Positions 9,690 to 18,657 of a stretch of 64,000 nt of DNA are shown in pieces. The notes under the pieces are model-generated. The model was given only the letters and a program-made list of their open reading frames with translations, ran no database searches and was not told where the DNA came from. Every line of letters begins with the position of its first letter. The stretch's first letter is position 1. The DNA is from an uncultured Rhodospirillaceae bacterium (GTDB taxonomy: Bacteria; Pseudomonadota; Alphaproteobacteria; UBA6615): NCBI GenBank assembly GCA_964530225.1, contig CAZHBA010000049.1:847-64846 (forward strand), read 5' to 3'. Both the position numbers and the translations under genes were made by a program.

Positions 9690-10892
9690 TTAGCTCTGGT
9701 AGTAGCCCGCCAGAGCCTCGGCAATTCGTAGTTTGGCGTCAGTGCTGCCGTCGCCGGTGTGCAGGAACATCCGCGTGTCGTGTATGTATTTCTGCGGCGG
9801 CATGTCGCGCATAACACCCATGGCGCCGAAGCATTCGGCGGCATCCTTGGTCGCCCGATAGAGCTGCTGGGCGGTTGCCACCTGAGCGATCCTGGTCAGC
9901 GGCAGGTTGGACAGGCTACCGTCGGCCTGTGCTTCGGGGTGGTCGCTGGCCCACGCTGCCTGCCAGATGGCGCTGCGCGCGGTTTCCAAGCTGACGGCGA
10001 CACCGGCTAGCTTAGCGCCAATCGCCTGGTGTTCGATGATTGGCCGGCCGCCTTGGATTCTGATTTTGGCGTAGTCCACAGCCGCTTCGAAGGCGGCTCT
10101 GGTGACGCCAAGATTAATCGCTTGGGCAATCGGTGAGCCGCCGACGGCACCGATACCCAACCCGGTGCCGTTGGCCTCGAGCAAATTCTCAGCCTGTACC
10201 TGGCAGTCGCCAAGCGTTACCTCCCCGCATGCGCCGTGGTACCAGCCGCCGTCACGGTCAATCTCGTCCACCAAAAGTCCGGGCGCGTCGTGCGGCACCA
10301 GAAACAGGCCGGTGCCGGAGCCGGTCGTCGCCTCGACGACAAACAGCTTGGCAATGGGCGCGTTAGCGATACGGTGCTTAGTCCCGTTCAACACCCAGCC
10401 GCCGTTGGGTGCGTTCGCTGCGGTGGTTTCGAAGGTTCTCTCTTCGGAAACCGGGCGGTGGTAGTTAATGCCCAGCGCAGTGTCAGTACCCAGCTCGTGG
10501 CTGGCTATTGCCAGGTGAAAGCTGTTGTCGTCAAGGAGCGCGGGCAGGAAGCGTTCACGCTGCTCGTCGCTCATCAACCGGCCGAACAACTGGCCGCCCA
10601 ATGTGGCGGTTTCCATCAGCACCGAGGCCACATCGACATCGCCGGCAGCCAGTTCCTCGGCGACTAGGCAACAGGTCAGCGTATCGGCACCGGCACCGCC
10701 CACCTCCTCAGTCAGCGCCAATGTGCGCAGACCAAGCTCGGCGGCGCTGTCGATCATCTCAACTGGCAAGGGCGGGTCGAAGGGTTCAAGCCGATCCGGG
10801 TGGATCGCGGCAGGGGTTATTTCCTGGGTGACAAAGTCACGGACGGTGTCGCGGATTGCGAGCTGTTCCTCGCTTAGATGAAGATCGTACAT
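9690..10892 (-). CDS. acyl-CoA dehydrogenase family protein (partner 1 of a tandem pair)
   Basis: 400 aa ACAD fold. The YEG-equivalent region reads HTGDGS. It sits 36 nt upstream of the second ACAD on the same strand. Confidence 0.8.
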   Translation of the reverse strand: MYDLHLSEEQLAIRDTVRDFVTQEITPAAIHPDRLEPFDPPLPVEMIDSAAELGLRTLALTEEVGGAGADTLTCCLVAEELAAGDVDVASVLMETATLGGQLFGRLMSDEQRERFLPALLDDNSFHLAIASHELGTDTALGINYHRPVSEERTFETTAANAPNGGWVLNGTKHRIANAPIAKLFVVEATTGSGTGLFLVPHDAPGLLVDEIDRDGGWYHGACGEVTLGDCQVQAENLLEANGTGLGIGAVGGSPIAQAINLGVTRAAFEAAVDYAKIRIQGGRPIIEHQAIGAKLAGVAVSLETARSAIWQAAWASDHPEAQADGSLSNLPLTRIAQVATAQQLYRATKDAAECFGAMGVMRDMPPQKYIHDTRMFLHTGDGSTDAKLRIAEALAGYYQS

Positions 10893-11029
10893 CGTTTTTT
10901 TTGCTCTTAATTAATCGGGCCTGGAGGGACCGGGCGGGAACGGTCGGCTCGCGCCGGCCAGCACATCGCCAATGATAGATGAAAAGCCGGCCAGAGTAGA
11001 GTCGCCGACAATATTTTCTGGATATGTCC

Positions 11030-12103
11030 CTATGCCGCGGCATCCTTAGCCAAATCGTCGCGGACCCGTGGCATCACCTCCTCGGCGAACAGTCGCATCG
11101 AGCGCATGGTCTGGTCGTGGCTCAGCCCGCCGAAGCGCATCTCCGCCATCCAGTGGTTGGTACCGCCTTTGCGCGCATAGGTCAGGACCCGTTGCGCCAC
11201 GGTGTCGGGATCGCCGAAGGCGCTGCCCCAATTAGACAGATCGTCATAGCCCACTCGGGCGTGCGCCTTGCGGATCGTGTCATAAACTTCATAACCGGGA
11301 TGGACTGGCTGGTCGGGTGCGCCCGGCAGAACCTTTTGGAACAAATCGTGATACCACATGGCATGTTCCTCAGCTTCTGCCTTGGCGGTAGCGTCGTCTT
11401 CGGCGACATAGGTCTGCATCAGCAGCGGCTGGTCGAACGCCATCGGGTCGTGTCCGGCGGTGCGCATAAGTTCGCTGTAAAGATCCCATTGCTCTTCGAC
11501 CGTGTCGATGCTGGTGAAACGGGGTGCGCGCAGGATCGACAGGCCCTTTTCCGCCGCCAGTTGATAGGACGGCGACGATACCGCGGCCATATAGATTGGC
11601 GGGTAGGGCTGCTGCACTGGCTTGGGAAACAACGTGACGTCATTACACGACCAGAACTTACCCTCATAATTGAAATTTTCTTGGGTGAAGGTGCCGAGCA
11701 GCATCTCTAGGCCTTCGTTGAAGCGGTCGCGGGACTCTTCCGGGTCCATGCCGAAGCCGGCAAATTCCTTCGGCTGGTAGGCACGTCCCAACCCGAGAAG
11801 CAAACGGCCGTTGCTCAACATGTCGACCAGTGCCGCTTGTTCGGCAACCCGCACCGGATGTTGCAGCGGCAGCAATACCACCGAGGTGCCGATCTTGATC
11901 CGCTTGGTGCGTTGCGCGATGGCGGCGGCCAGCGTCAGCGTATCGCCCAGAATGCCGTAGATGGAGAAATGGTGCTCGGGTAGCCAGATGGAGTCGAACT
12001 CCAATTCTTCGGCGAGTTCGATTTCTTCCAGGAACTCGCTGAACACCTGCGCCTGGGGTACGTTGCCGTACTCGCTGAATAGGTACATCAGACCGAATTG
12101 CAT
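11030..12103 (-). CDS. LLM-class (luciferase-like) flavin-dependent oxidoreductase
   Basis: 357 aa. TIM-barrel LLM signatures: FDSIWLPEHH, GTSVVLLPLQHPVRVAEQAA, RLLLGLGRAY. Confidence 0.8.
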   Translation of the reverse strand: MQFGLMYLFSEYGNVPQAQVFSEFLEEIELAEELEFDSIWLPEHHFSIYGILGDTLTLAAAIAQRTKRIKIGTSVVLLPLQHPVRVAEQAALVDMLSNGRLLLGLGRAYQPKEFAGFGMDPEESRDRFNEGLEMLLGTFTQENFNYEGKFWSCNDVTLFPKPVQQPYPPIYMAAVSSPSYQLAAEKGLSILRAPRFTSIDTVEEQWDLYSELMRTAGHDPMAFDQPLLMQTYVAEDDATAKAEAEEHAMWYHDLFQKVLPGAPDQPVHPGYEVYDTIRKAHARVGYDDLSNWGSAFGDPDTVAQRVLTYARKGGTNHWMAEMRFGGLSHDQTMRSMRLFAEEVMPRVRDDLAKDAAA

Positions 12104-12301
12104 AACGGTTCCCTTCTGTTGTTTGTCGCGGCGTTATTCAGACTGCCGCTTATATTGCCCGATGAATAATATTCGCCATTTCCGCGGAATGACACCTCGG
12201 CGGGGATAAAGTTCTCTCTATCAAATCTCCCATTTCTGGCCAGGAGTGGGCTTTAGCGCTAAATATCTTCTCCGACCGGCAATCTCAACCTGGGTAAATC
12301 C

Positions 12302-12949
12302 GTGCCGAACGCCGCCGTTACTACCTCGCAGCTCGTGCTCGACCATATAGCCGTTGCCGCCGCTTCGTTGGCCGAGGGCATCGCCCATGTCGAGGCAGCG
12401 CTCGGCGTGGAAATGCCGGTCGGCGGCAAGCACCGTGAGATGGGAACGCATAACCAGCTTCTGCGTTTGGGTGACGGACTGTACCTTGAGGTTATCACCA
12501 TCGATCCCGATGCGCCGCCGCCGGCGCGTGCACGGTGGTTCGCCCTCGATTACTTCGGCTCCGCGCCGCCACGCTTAGCGACATGGATCGCGCGAACCGG
12601 CGATCTCGGTGCGGCACTCGCCACCGCACCCAAGGCGTCGGGCCCGCCGATACAGGTCAGCCGGGGTGAGCTGACTTGGCATATCTCGGTGCCCGAGGAC
12701 GGCTCCATGCCCTTCGACGGTGCCTATCCGACCTTGATCGAGTGGCCGCTTGGCCCCCATCTGACCTCGTGCATGCCTGATCTTGGCTGCAGCCTCGAGC
12801 AACTACAAATCGAGCACCCGGATGCTGAAGCCATCCGTGGCTATATAGATCCCGTTTTCGACGACGCCCGTGTCGACATTGAGACAGGTCCGCAGGTCCG
12901 GCTAACAGTGCGCATAGCGACACCGCGGGGTGTCTGCACTCTCAGCTAA
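12302..12949 (+). CDS. VOC/glyoxalase-like domain protein
   Basis: 215 aa from a GTG start. Glyoxalase-like-domain protein (LDHIAVAA...LYLEVITID). Transcribed divergently from the LLM gene. Confidence 0.55.
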   Translation: MPNAAVTTSQLVLDHIAVAAASLAEGIAHVEAALGVEMPVGGKHREMGTHNQLLRLGDGLYLEVITIDPDAPPPARARWFALDYFGSAPPRLATWIARTGDLGAALATAPKASGPPIQVSRGELTWHISVPEDGSMPFDGAYPTLIEWPLGPHLTSCMPDLGCSLEQLQIEHPDAEAIRGYIDPVFDDARVDIETGPQVRLTVRIATPRGVCTLS

Positions 12950-12985
12950 AACCGGTTCGGGTGCACCCAACCCCGTCACCGCTGG

Positions 12986-13168
12986 TCATCGCGACATGCT
13001 GCCGTCAGACGTGAAGAATTCCCTCCCCCTCAGTGAATAGGCTATCATGAGCAGCTCTTCCTGCTCGCGCTGGCCAACACCGTTTTTTTCGAGTGCGGTG
13101 AGAATATTGTCGAGCACAGCGACATATTCCTGTTCACCGATATTCATGCCCTTGTGCGCCTCAAGCAT
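12986..13168 (-). pseudogene. 3' fragment of a group-I truncated haemoglobin (trHbN) gene
   Basis: [44 protein letters not shown] aligns with the G/H-helix region of GlbN-type trHbs (MREAHKELV..HGLN.EHFDAV...L.E.GV). An in-frame stop lies 6 codons upstream of the Met. About 65 N-terminal residues are missing. Confidence 0.45.
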
Positions 13169-13184
13169 ATCCTTGCCGCGATAG

Positions 13185-13374
13185 GTCTACGGTCCGAAAC
13201 TAGCGGCCAAGGCCAAAGACCATTATCCAAAACTGAAGCTGGTGTTCATGTCAGGCTATGCCGCCGATCTCTACACCCACGACAAGATACCTAGCTTTGT
13301 CGAGATGTTGTTGAATAAGCCGTTTCGGCTGGCCGAACTTTCCAAGGCCGTGCAAGGCACGCTAGTGGCATAAA
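13185..13374 (+). pseudogene. 3' fragment of a response-regulator receiver-domain gene
   Basis: In-frame translation ...HYPKLKLVFMSGYAADLYTHDKIPSFVEMLLNKPFRLAELSKAVQGTLVA* matches the beta4-alpha5 end of CheY-like receiver domains (PxLKVLFMSGY...LxKPF). There is no start codon, and a stop lies immediately upstream at 13182. Confidence 0.4.
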
Positions 13375-13400
13375 TACGCCAGCGGCGCAAAAGCCATATC

Positions 13401-14519
13401 TCAGGGCTGCGCGCGCGGGATTAGCCAGGTCACGTGGCCCATTTTACGTCCTGGCCGGGTTTCGGCCTTGCCATAGAGATGCAGCCGTGTCGCCGGATCG
13501 GCGAGATACGTCTGCCAATTGTCCACATCATCACCGATGAGGTTTTTCATCGTCGCGTCGGCGTGGCGTTCGGTCGAACCCAGCGGCAGGCCGCAAACCG
13601 TGCGCACCAGTAATTCGAATTGACTGATTGCGCAGGCGTCGATGGTCCAATGCCCCGAATTATGCGGTCGCGGCGCGATTTCGTTGACCAAAACACTTCC
13701 GTTCCGCGCCACGAACATCTCGACCGTAAGCAGGCCGACGATTTCAAGGTTTTCGATCAACCGCCGCGCAACGTTGGTCGCGGCGGCGGCAGTGTCGCCA
13801 GAGATTGGGGCCGGCACAGTGGTTTCAGCAAGAATGTGATTGGCGTGGCGGTTCTCGACCGGAACGTAACTGGCTTGGGCGCCGTCGGTTGCGCGCGCAG
13901 CAATGACCGAGATTTCCCGCTCGAACTCGATGAAACCTTCGAGAATGGCGCCGCCAGTGGATATCCCGGCGCCGGAGTTGGCCCAGGCCGCATCCAGATC
14001 GGTGCTGGGCTCGATGCGAACCTGTCCTTTGCCGTCGTAGCCCAGGCGCGCTGTTTTCAATATTGCGGGGGTGCCCAGGTTGGCGACCGCACTGGCCAAT
14101 TCGCAACTGTCGGTAATAGCGTGGTAAGGCGCCGTGGCAATGCCGGCAGCAGTAACAAAATCCTTTTCCTTGACCCGGTCTTGGGCGATCGCCAACGCAC
14201 CAGAGTTCGGCCGCACGGCAATACGCGCTTCGAGATATTCGACGCTTTCCAGTGGGATATTTTCGAACTCCAGTGTCGCCACATCGATGTCAGCGGCGAA
14301 TCGGTCAAGGGCGCCGGTATTCTCGAATGTCGCGATGGTAGTTTGGTGCGCGACCTGCGCCGCCGGTTCATCGGGCGATTGGCAAAAAACGTGGCTGCGG
14401 TAACCGAGCTGGGCTGCCGCGGTCGCCGTCATGCGGCCGAGTTGGCCACCGCCGATAATGCCGATAGTGGCACCCGGCGCGAACACTGCTGGCGTATCAC
14501 TACCGGGCATAACGGTCAC
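13401..14519 (-). CDS. purK: N5-carboxyaminoimidazole ribonucleotide synthase
   Basis: 372 aa ATP-grasp. [12 protein letters not shown] start and PurK-type C-terminus. Overlaps purE by ATGA. Confidence 0.9.
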   Translation of the reverse strand: MTVMPGSDTPAVFAPGATIGIIGGGQLGRMTATAAAQLGYRSHVFCQSPDEPAAQVAHQTTIATFENTGALDRFAADIDVATLEFENIPLESVEYLEARIAVRPNSGALAIAQDRVKEKDFVTAAGIATAPYHAITDSCELASAVANLGTPAILKTARLGYDGKGQVRIEPSTDLDAAWANSGAGISTGGAILEGFIEFEREISVIAARATDGAQASYVPVENRHANHILAETTVPAPISGDTAAAATNVARRLIENLEIVGLLTVEMFVARNGSVLVNEIAPRPHNSGHWTIDACAISQFELLVRTVCGLPLGSTERHADATMKNLIGDDVDNWQTYLADPATRLHLYGKAETRPGRKMGHVTWLIPRAQP

Positions 14520-15007
14520 GCGTTGTCGGCAGGCACTTCAGCGACGCCGTCTGTTTGCTGGGCACGCCAATCGTCGAGGGCCTGCGCCACCGTGGCGTTC
14601 TCCCCGGCAATAATCGCGGCGGCCAGCAGGGCGGCGTTGATGGCCCCAGCGCGTCCGATGGCCAGGGTGCCGACCGGAATGCCCGCCGGCATCTGAACGA
14701 TCGACAGCAGGCTATCCATGCCGCTCAGCGCCTTGCTCTCGATCGGTACGCCAAGCACCGGCACGGGTGTCATCGATGCGGTCATACCAGGTAGGTGGGC
14801 GGCGCCGCCAGCGCCGGCAATAATTGCCTTGAGGCCGCGCGAGCGGGCGGACTTCGCATAATCTGCCAGGCGGTCGGGTGTTCGATGGGCCGAAACGATA
14901 CGCACCTCGTGCTCGACACTCAGAGCTTCGAGGGTCTCTACGGCATGCTGCATGGTCTGCCAGTCCGACTGGCTACCCATGATAATTCCGACGGCGGGGC
15001 TCGCCAT
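14516..15007 (-). CDS. purE: N5-carboxyaminoimidazole ribonucleotide mutase
   Basis: [16 protein letters not shown]...GGAAHLPGM class I PurE motifs. Start chosen at the internal ATG (15007) with a GGAGA RBS 8 nt upstream; the ORF track extends it 9 codons further. Confidence 0.9.
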   Translation of the reverse strand: MASPAVGIIMGSQSDWQTMQHAVETLEALSVEHEVRIVSAHRTPDRLADYAKSARSRGLKAIIAGAGGAAHLPGMTASMTPVPVLGVPIESKALSGMDSLLSIVQMPAGIPVGTLAIGRAGAINAALLAAAIIAGENATVAQALDDWRAQQTDGVAEVPADNA

Positions 15008-15198
15008 GGTTAACGTCTCCAGTTGGGCGCACAAGGGGCCGGAAAAGGCGTGGATTATAGGTTTGCATACCTTTAGCGCAAGTTACTCACACACAATATT
15101 ACCATGAATATTTTACATACAATTGTTGCCATGACGAATTATTAACGTTCTGGAGCGAGGAAAGGTCATATGAAAGTCGGGCTCATCAAGACTACAGG

Positions 15199-15956
15199 GT
15201 CCGTCCGGTAGTACCCGCGAGCAACGCCCGCGCTGCGGGCCGTGCCTACGCCGCGCGCTTCACCGCTAATACCACCGCTTCGGCTCCCACGACTGATGTT
15301 GCGACGATTGCCGGTATTCCCGGTGATGAACTGACCGCCAAAGCCTGCGACGCTATTGAGCTGTTGATGCACGAAGTGCAGCGCATGCGTCCGGAGCTTG
15401 AGAAAGCGGAAAACATGTTATTTATCTCGAAAAATTAGCTGACGAAGGTTTTTTGGTTCCGGTCGCTAACCGGCGTGCTTTCGTGCGCGAGCTGACCCGT
15501 ATTGTGGCTTACTCCGAACGTTACAATTCGGTGTCCAGCATTTTGTATTTCGACATCGACGGCTTTAAAGAAATTAACGACCAATACGGCCATGTCGCCG
15601 GTGATGCGGCACTACAGCATATCAGCGAGATTTTTGTACTCAATGTTCGTGAATCCGATGTCGTCGACCGTCTGGGCGACGATGAATTTGGTGTCATATT
15701 AGCGTAGTCCGATACCGAAACGGCAGCAGAAAAGGCGGTGCGATTGGCCTAGGTGATCGAATCCACGCGGCTCATTTGGGAGAATTTGGGGCTTAAGGTA
15801 CGCGTGTCGTATGGGGTCTATACGTTTTTTGGTAAAGAAAATACTGGTGAAGCACTGCAACGCGCTAACCGCGCATGTATCAACAGAAGCTGGTCCGGGC
15901 TGCAGCCGCAAGCTAACGAGTCACGGGTTACTGATTCAGGCGATGATGTCGGGTAG
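15199..15956 (+). pseudogene. decayed GGDEF-domain (diguanylate cyclase) gene
   Basis: GGDEF-domain sequence is spread over three frames. The first segment ends ...LEKAENMLFISKN*. A frameshift follows into VANRRAFVRELTRIVAYSERYNSVSSILYFDIDGFKEINDQYGHVAGDAAL...RLGDDEFGVILA*, which ends at a TAG (15705-15707). A second TAG (15750-15752) precedes IESTRLIWENLGLKVRVSYGVYTFF...ALQRANRACI. The GG(D/E)EF motif has degenerated to GDDEF. Lies in a low-GC islet. Confidence 0.55.
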
Positions 15957-16211
15957 TAGAAGATCTTCCAGCCGCGTAATTTCGTCCCTCAATACCAGTT
16001 TGCGTTTTTTTAACCGCTGTATTTGTAGCTGGTCGAAAGGCGCTTCGTCAGAGATTTGGTCGATGACGTCGTTCAGGTCGCGGTGCTCGCTTTGAAGCGC
16101 TTCCAGACGTTGCCGCAGTTCTTCTTTATCGGGTGTGTTTTTGGCCGCCACGTTTATTCCTGTCGAACGCGTATTCCCACCTTTTATTGCCGTATATCGA
16201 CTCATCGCCAT
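15936..16211 (-). CDS. DUF465 (YdcH-like) small protein
   Basis: C-terminal LQIQRLKKRKLVLRDEITRLEDLL matches the DUF465 signature (KKxKLxLKDEI). The true start may be internal to the 91-aa ORF. Confidence 0.5.
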   Translation of the reverse strand: MAMSRYTAIKGGNTRSTGINVAAKNTPDKEELRQRLEALQSEHRDLNDVIDQISDEAPFDQLQIQRLKKRKLVLRDEITRLEDLLLPDIIA

Positions 16212-16396
16212 ATATCGACGGCATCGAAAAGTATAGCAAAAAAGGCACGAACAGGTTGCACCATTCTACCCTTTTTTGGCAATTAACTATGGTGCGAGGT
16301 GATGCAAAAATTGTTATTGCGTTGCAGCAAGGTACTTTGCAAATCAAGCGAATCTGAACTAGAATTATCCCATTACAGAAGATCCAAAAGGAGGTG

Positions 16397-16570
16397 ATGT
16401 TGGTGTCGATGGAAACCAGTGTTGACGAGTTGAAACTAAAGCACGCAAATCTAGATCATCAGCTCGACGAAGAAAGACAGCGACCTCAACCAGACCAATT
16501 CGTTATTTTGCAGCTCAAACGGGAAAAATTAAAACTCAAAGACGCGATCGCACATTTGGGAGTCGCGTGA
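16397..16570 (+). CDS. DUF465 (YdcH-like) small protein, second paralog
   Basis: Manually translated 57-aa ORF (below the ORF-track cutoff): MLVSMETSVDELKLKHANLDHQLDEERQRPQPDQFVILQLKREKLKLKDAIAHLGVA. AAAGGAGG RBS upstream. Followed by a bidirectional hairpin plus T-run. Confidence 0.5.
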   Translation: MLVSMETSVDELKLKHANLDHQLDEERQRPQPDQFVILQLKREKLKLKDAIAHLGVA

Positions 16571-16602
16571 GCCCGATGACCTTACGAAGAGTATGATTAG
16601 AG

Positions 16603-16637
16603 CGGACGGCCGATAAGGCCGCCCGTTTTTGTTTTTG
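16603..16637. terminator. intrinsic terminator hairpin between convergent DUF465 (+) and acyl-CoA synthetase (-) genes
   Basis: GGACGGCC-GATAA-GGCCGCCC stem-loop followed by GTTTTTGTTTTTG. Confidence 0.5.
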
Positions 16638-16663
16638 CGGTTTATACTACCGCGACCGAAGCG

Positions 16664-18310
16664 TTATTTGGTGGCGGCTTCTGCGGTTGCCAATTCGTTG
16701 GCCTGTTCGCGCAGAATGAATTTCTGAATCTTACCGGTAGAGGTTTTTGGTAAGGCGCCGAAGACGATGTGGCGCGGACATTTATAGTGGGCGATCGTGT
16801 CCCGGCAATGTTGAATCAACTCGTCCTCGGTCGCGGTGGCGTCCAGCGCTAACTCGATGAACGCGCAGGGCGTCTCTCCCCACTTTTCGTCCGGTCGTGC
16901 GACCACGGCAGCGGCTGAAACGGCGGGGTGTTTGTACAGCGCGTCCTCGACTTCGATCGACGAAATATTTTCGCCACCAGAGATAATGATGTCCTTTGAG
17001 CGGTCCTTGAGCTCTATGTAGTTATCCGGGTGCCACACCCCCAAATCGCCGGTGTGGAACCAGCCACCACCGAAGGCATCGGCAGTAGCCTCTGGATTTT
17101 TCAGGTAACCCTTCATGGTGACGTTGCCGCGGGTAAATACTTCGCCCATCGTCTCGCCGTCTTGGGGTACCGGTTCCAGTGTCTCAGGGTCGCCAACCAT
17201 GAGGTCTTCCAGCACTTCGTAGGGCACGCCCTGGCGGGACTGTAGCTGTGCCTGTTGGTCGGGTGGTAATGCGTCCCACTCGTCCTGCCAGGCGCAGATA
17301 ATGGCCGGACCGTAAATTTCCGTCAGGCCGTAGACATGGGTCACGCGAATACCTTGCTCAGCCATGCGTGCCAGTACGGCCGCCGGTGGCGGCGCCGCTG
17401 CGGTCATGAACTCGATATCTTGGTCGAAAGGTTGCCGGTCTTCTTCGCTGGCGTTGGTGATCATCTGCATGACAATCGGTGCGCCGCACAGGTGGGTCAC
17501 TCCATGTGCGGCAAAGGCGGCATAGATGTTCTTTGCTACCACCTGCCGCAGGCAGACGTTCGTCCCGGCGACCAAAGCAACGCCCCAGGTAAAGCACCAA
17601 CCGTTGCAATGGAACATCGGCAGCGTCCACAAATAGATGGGGTGGCCGGTGGCTCCCCAGGTGAAAACGTTACCCATCGCATTTAGATAGGAGCCACGAT
17701 GGTGATAGACGACGCCCTTCGGATTGCCGGTGGTGCCGGACGTGTAGTTCAGGGCAATGGCACGCCACTCGTCGTCGGGCAGTGACCATTCGAATTTTGG
17801 ATCACCGTCAGCGATAAATGTCTCGTAATCCATTTCACCCAATTGTTTGCCGCCGGGACCTTCGGTGTCACAGATGTCGATAACGACCGGCTTGTTCTTG
17901 ACCAGTTTTAGGGCTTCTTTGATGGTCGGCGAAAATTCGGTGTCGGTGAGCAATATTTTGGCTTCGCCATGGTCGAGGATGAAGGCGATGGTCGAAGCAT
18001 CGAGGCGGGTGTTGAGGGCGTTTATTACGCCGCCGGTCATGGGGATGCCAAAATGGGCTTCCATCATTTCCGGGATATTCGGTGACATCACGGCGACGCA
18101 GTCGCCAACGCCAATGCCCCGTTGCGACAGCGCCGACGCTAATTGTCTGGTGCGGGCATAAGTTTCCGACCAGTTGCGTCTGATTTTGCCGTGAATCACG
18201 GCGGCGCGGTTCGGGTAGGCCGATGCCGTTCGCCTGATGAAGCTCAGCGGCGACAATGGTGTGAAGTTCGCCTCATTTTTGTCGAGGTTGGTTTCATACG
18301 GATTGGTCAT
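16664..18310 (-). CDS. AMP-dependent acyl-CoA synthetase/ligase (medium-chain / AAE-like)
   Basis: 548 aa. AMP-binding motif YTSGTTGNPKGV, TGDLG hinge, C-terminal PKTSTGKIQK lysine motif. Confidence 0.85.
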   Translation of the reverse strand: MTNPYETNLDKNEANFTPLSPLSFIRRTASAYPNRAAVIHGKIRRNWSETYARTRQLASALSQRGIGVGDCVAVMSPNIPEMMEAHFGIPMTGGVINALNTRLDASTIAFILDHGEAKILLTDTEFSPTIKEALKLVKNKPVVIDICDTEGPGGKQLGEMDYETFIADGDPKFEWSLPDDEWRAIALNYTSGTTGNPKGVVYHHRGSYLNAMGNVFTWGATGHPIYLWTLPMFHCNGWCFTWGVALVAGTNVCLRQVVAKNIYAAFAAHGVTHLCGAPIVMQMITNASEEDRQPFDQDIEFMTAAAPPPAAVLARMAEQGIRVTHVYGLTEIYGPAIICAWQDEWDALPPDQQAQLQSRQGVPYEVLEDLMVGDPETLEPVPQDGETMGEVFTRGNVTMKGYLKNPEATADAFGGGWFHTGDLGVWHPDNYIELKDRSKDIIISGGENISSIEVEDALYKHPAVSAAAVVARPDEKWGETPCAFIELALDATATEDELIQHCRDTIAHYKCPRHIVFGALPKTSTGKIQKFILREQANELATAEAATK

Positions 18311-18332
18311 GTGCCTCTCCCAAACTCAGCAT

Positions 18333-18530
18333 CTAGTCTTTGAACAGCAAGTCCGCATCGCCCCGTAGCGCTTTCCGGCTCTTAATTTCCGCTTCGGCGC
18401 GCAAGATTTCCTTTTTTGCGTGCTCGATATACTCCTTCATTTCTTCAACCGACAAGGCCTCGATATTTACTTCTTCGAATGCCTTTGGTTTTACCGGATG
18501 TTGTGGTTCCAGTTCTTCATCGAAGCTCAT
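18333..18530 (-). CDS. DUF1192 small protein
   Basis: MSFDEELEPQHPVKPKAFEEVNIEALSVEEMKEYIEHAKKEILRAEAEIKSRKALRGDADLLFKD fits the ~65-aa alphaproteobacterial DUF1192 pattern. The ORF-track entry extends 88 codons upstream through GC-rich non-coding sequence. Confidence 0.6.
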   Translation of the reverse strand: MSFDEELEPQHPVKPKAFEEVNIEALSVEEMKEYIEHAKKEILRAEAEIKSRKALRGDADLLFKD

Positions 18531-18657
18531 ATTCTCTGCCCTACATCTGAGGATCGCGCAAATCAAGCATGATCGTTGTGTGCAAAGTTTGACCTGCCTA
18601 AAGTGCACCCGCAAGGCCCTTTGAAACCCGATAATAATACCGTGGAGAGTATGTGAG

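Noticed and set aside
13620-14696. 358-aa plus-strand ORF
   Set aside because: Lies antisense across purK. It is a typical long spurious frame of GC-rich DNA (Arg/Gly/Ala-rich, no motifs). purK on the minus strand has clear homology.
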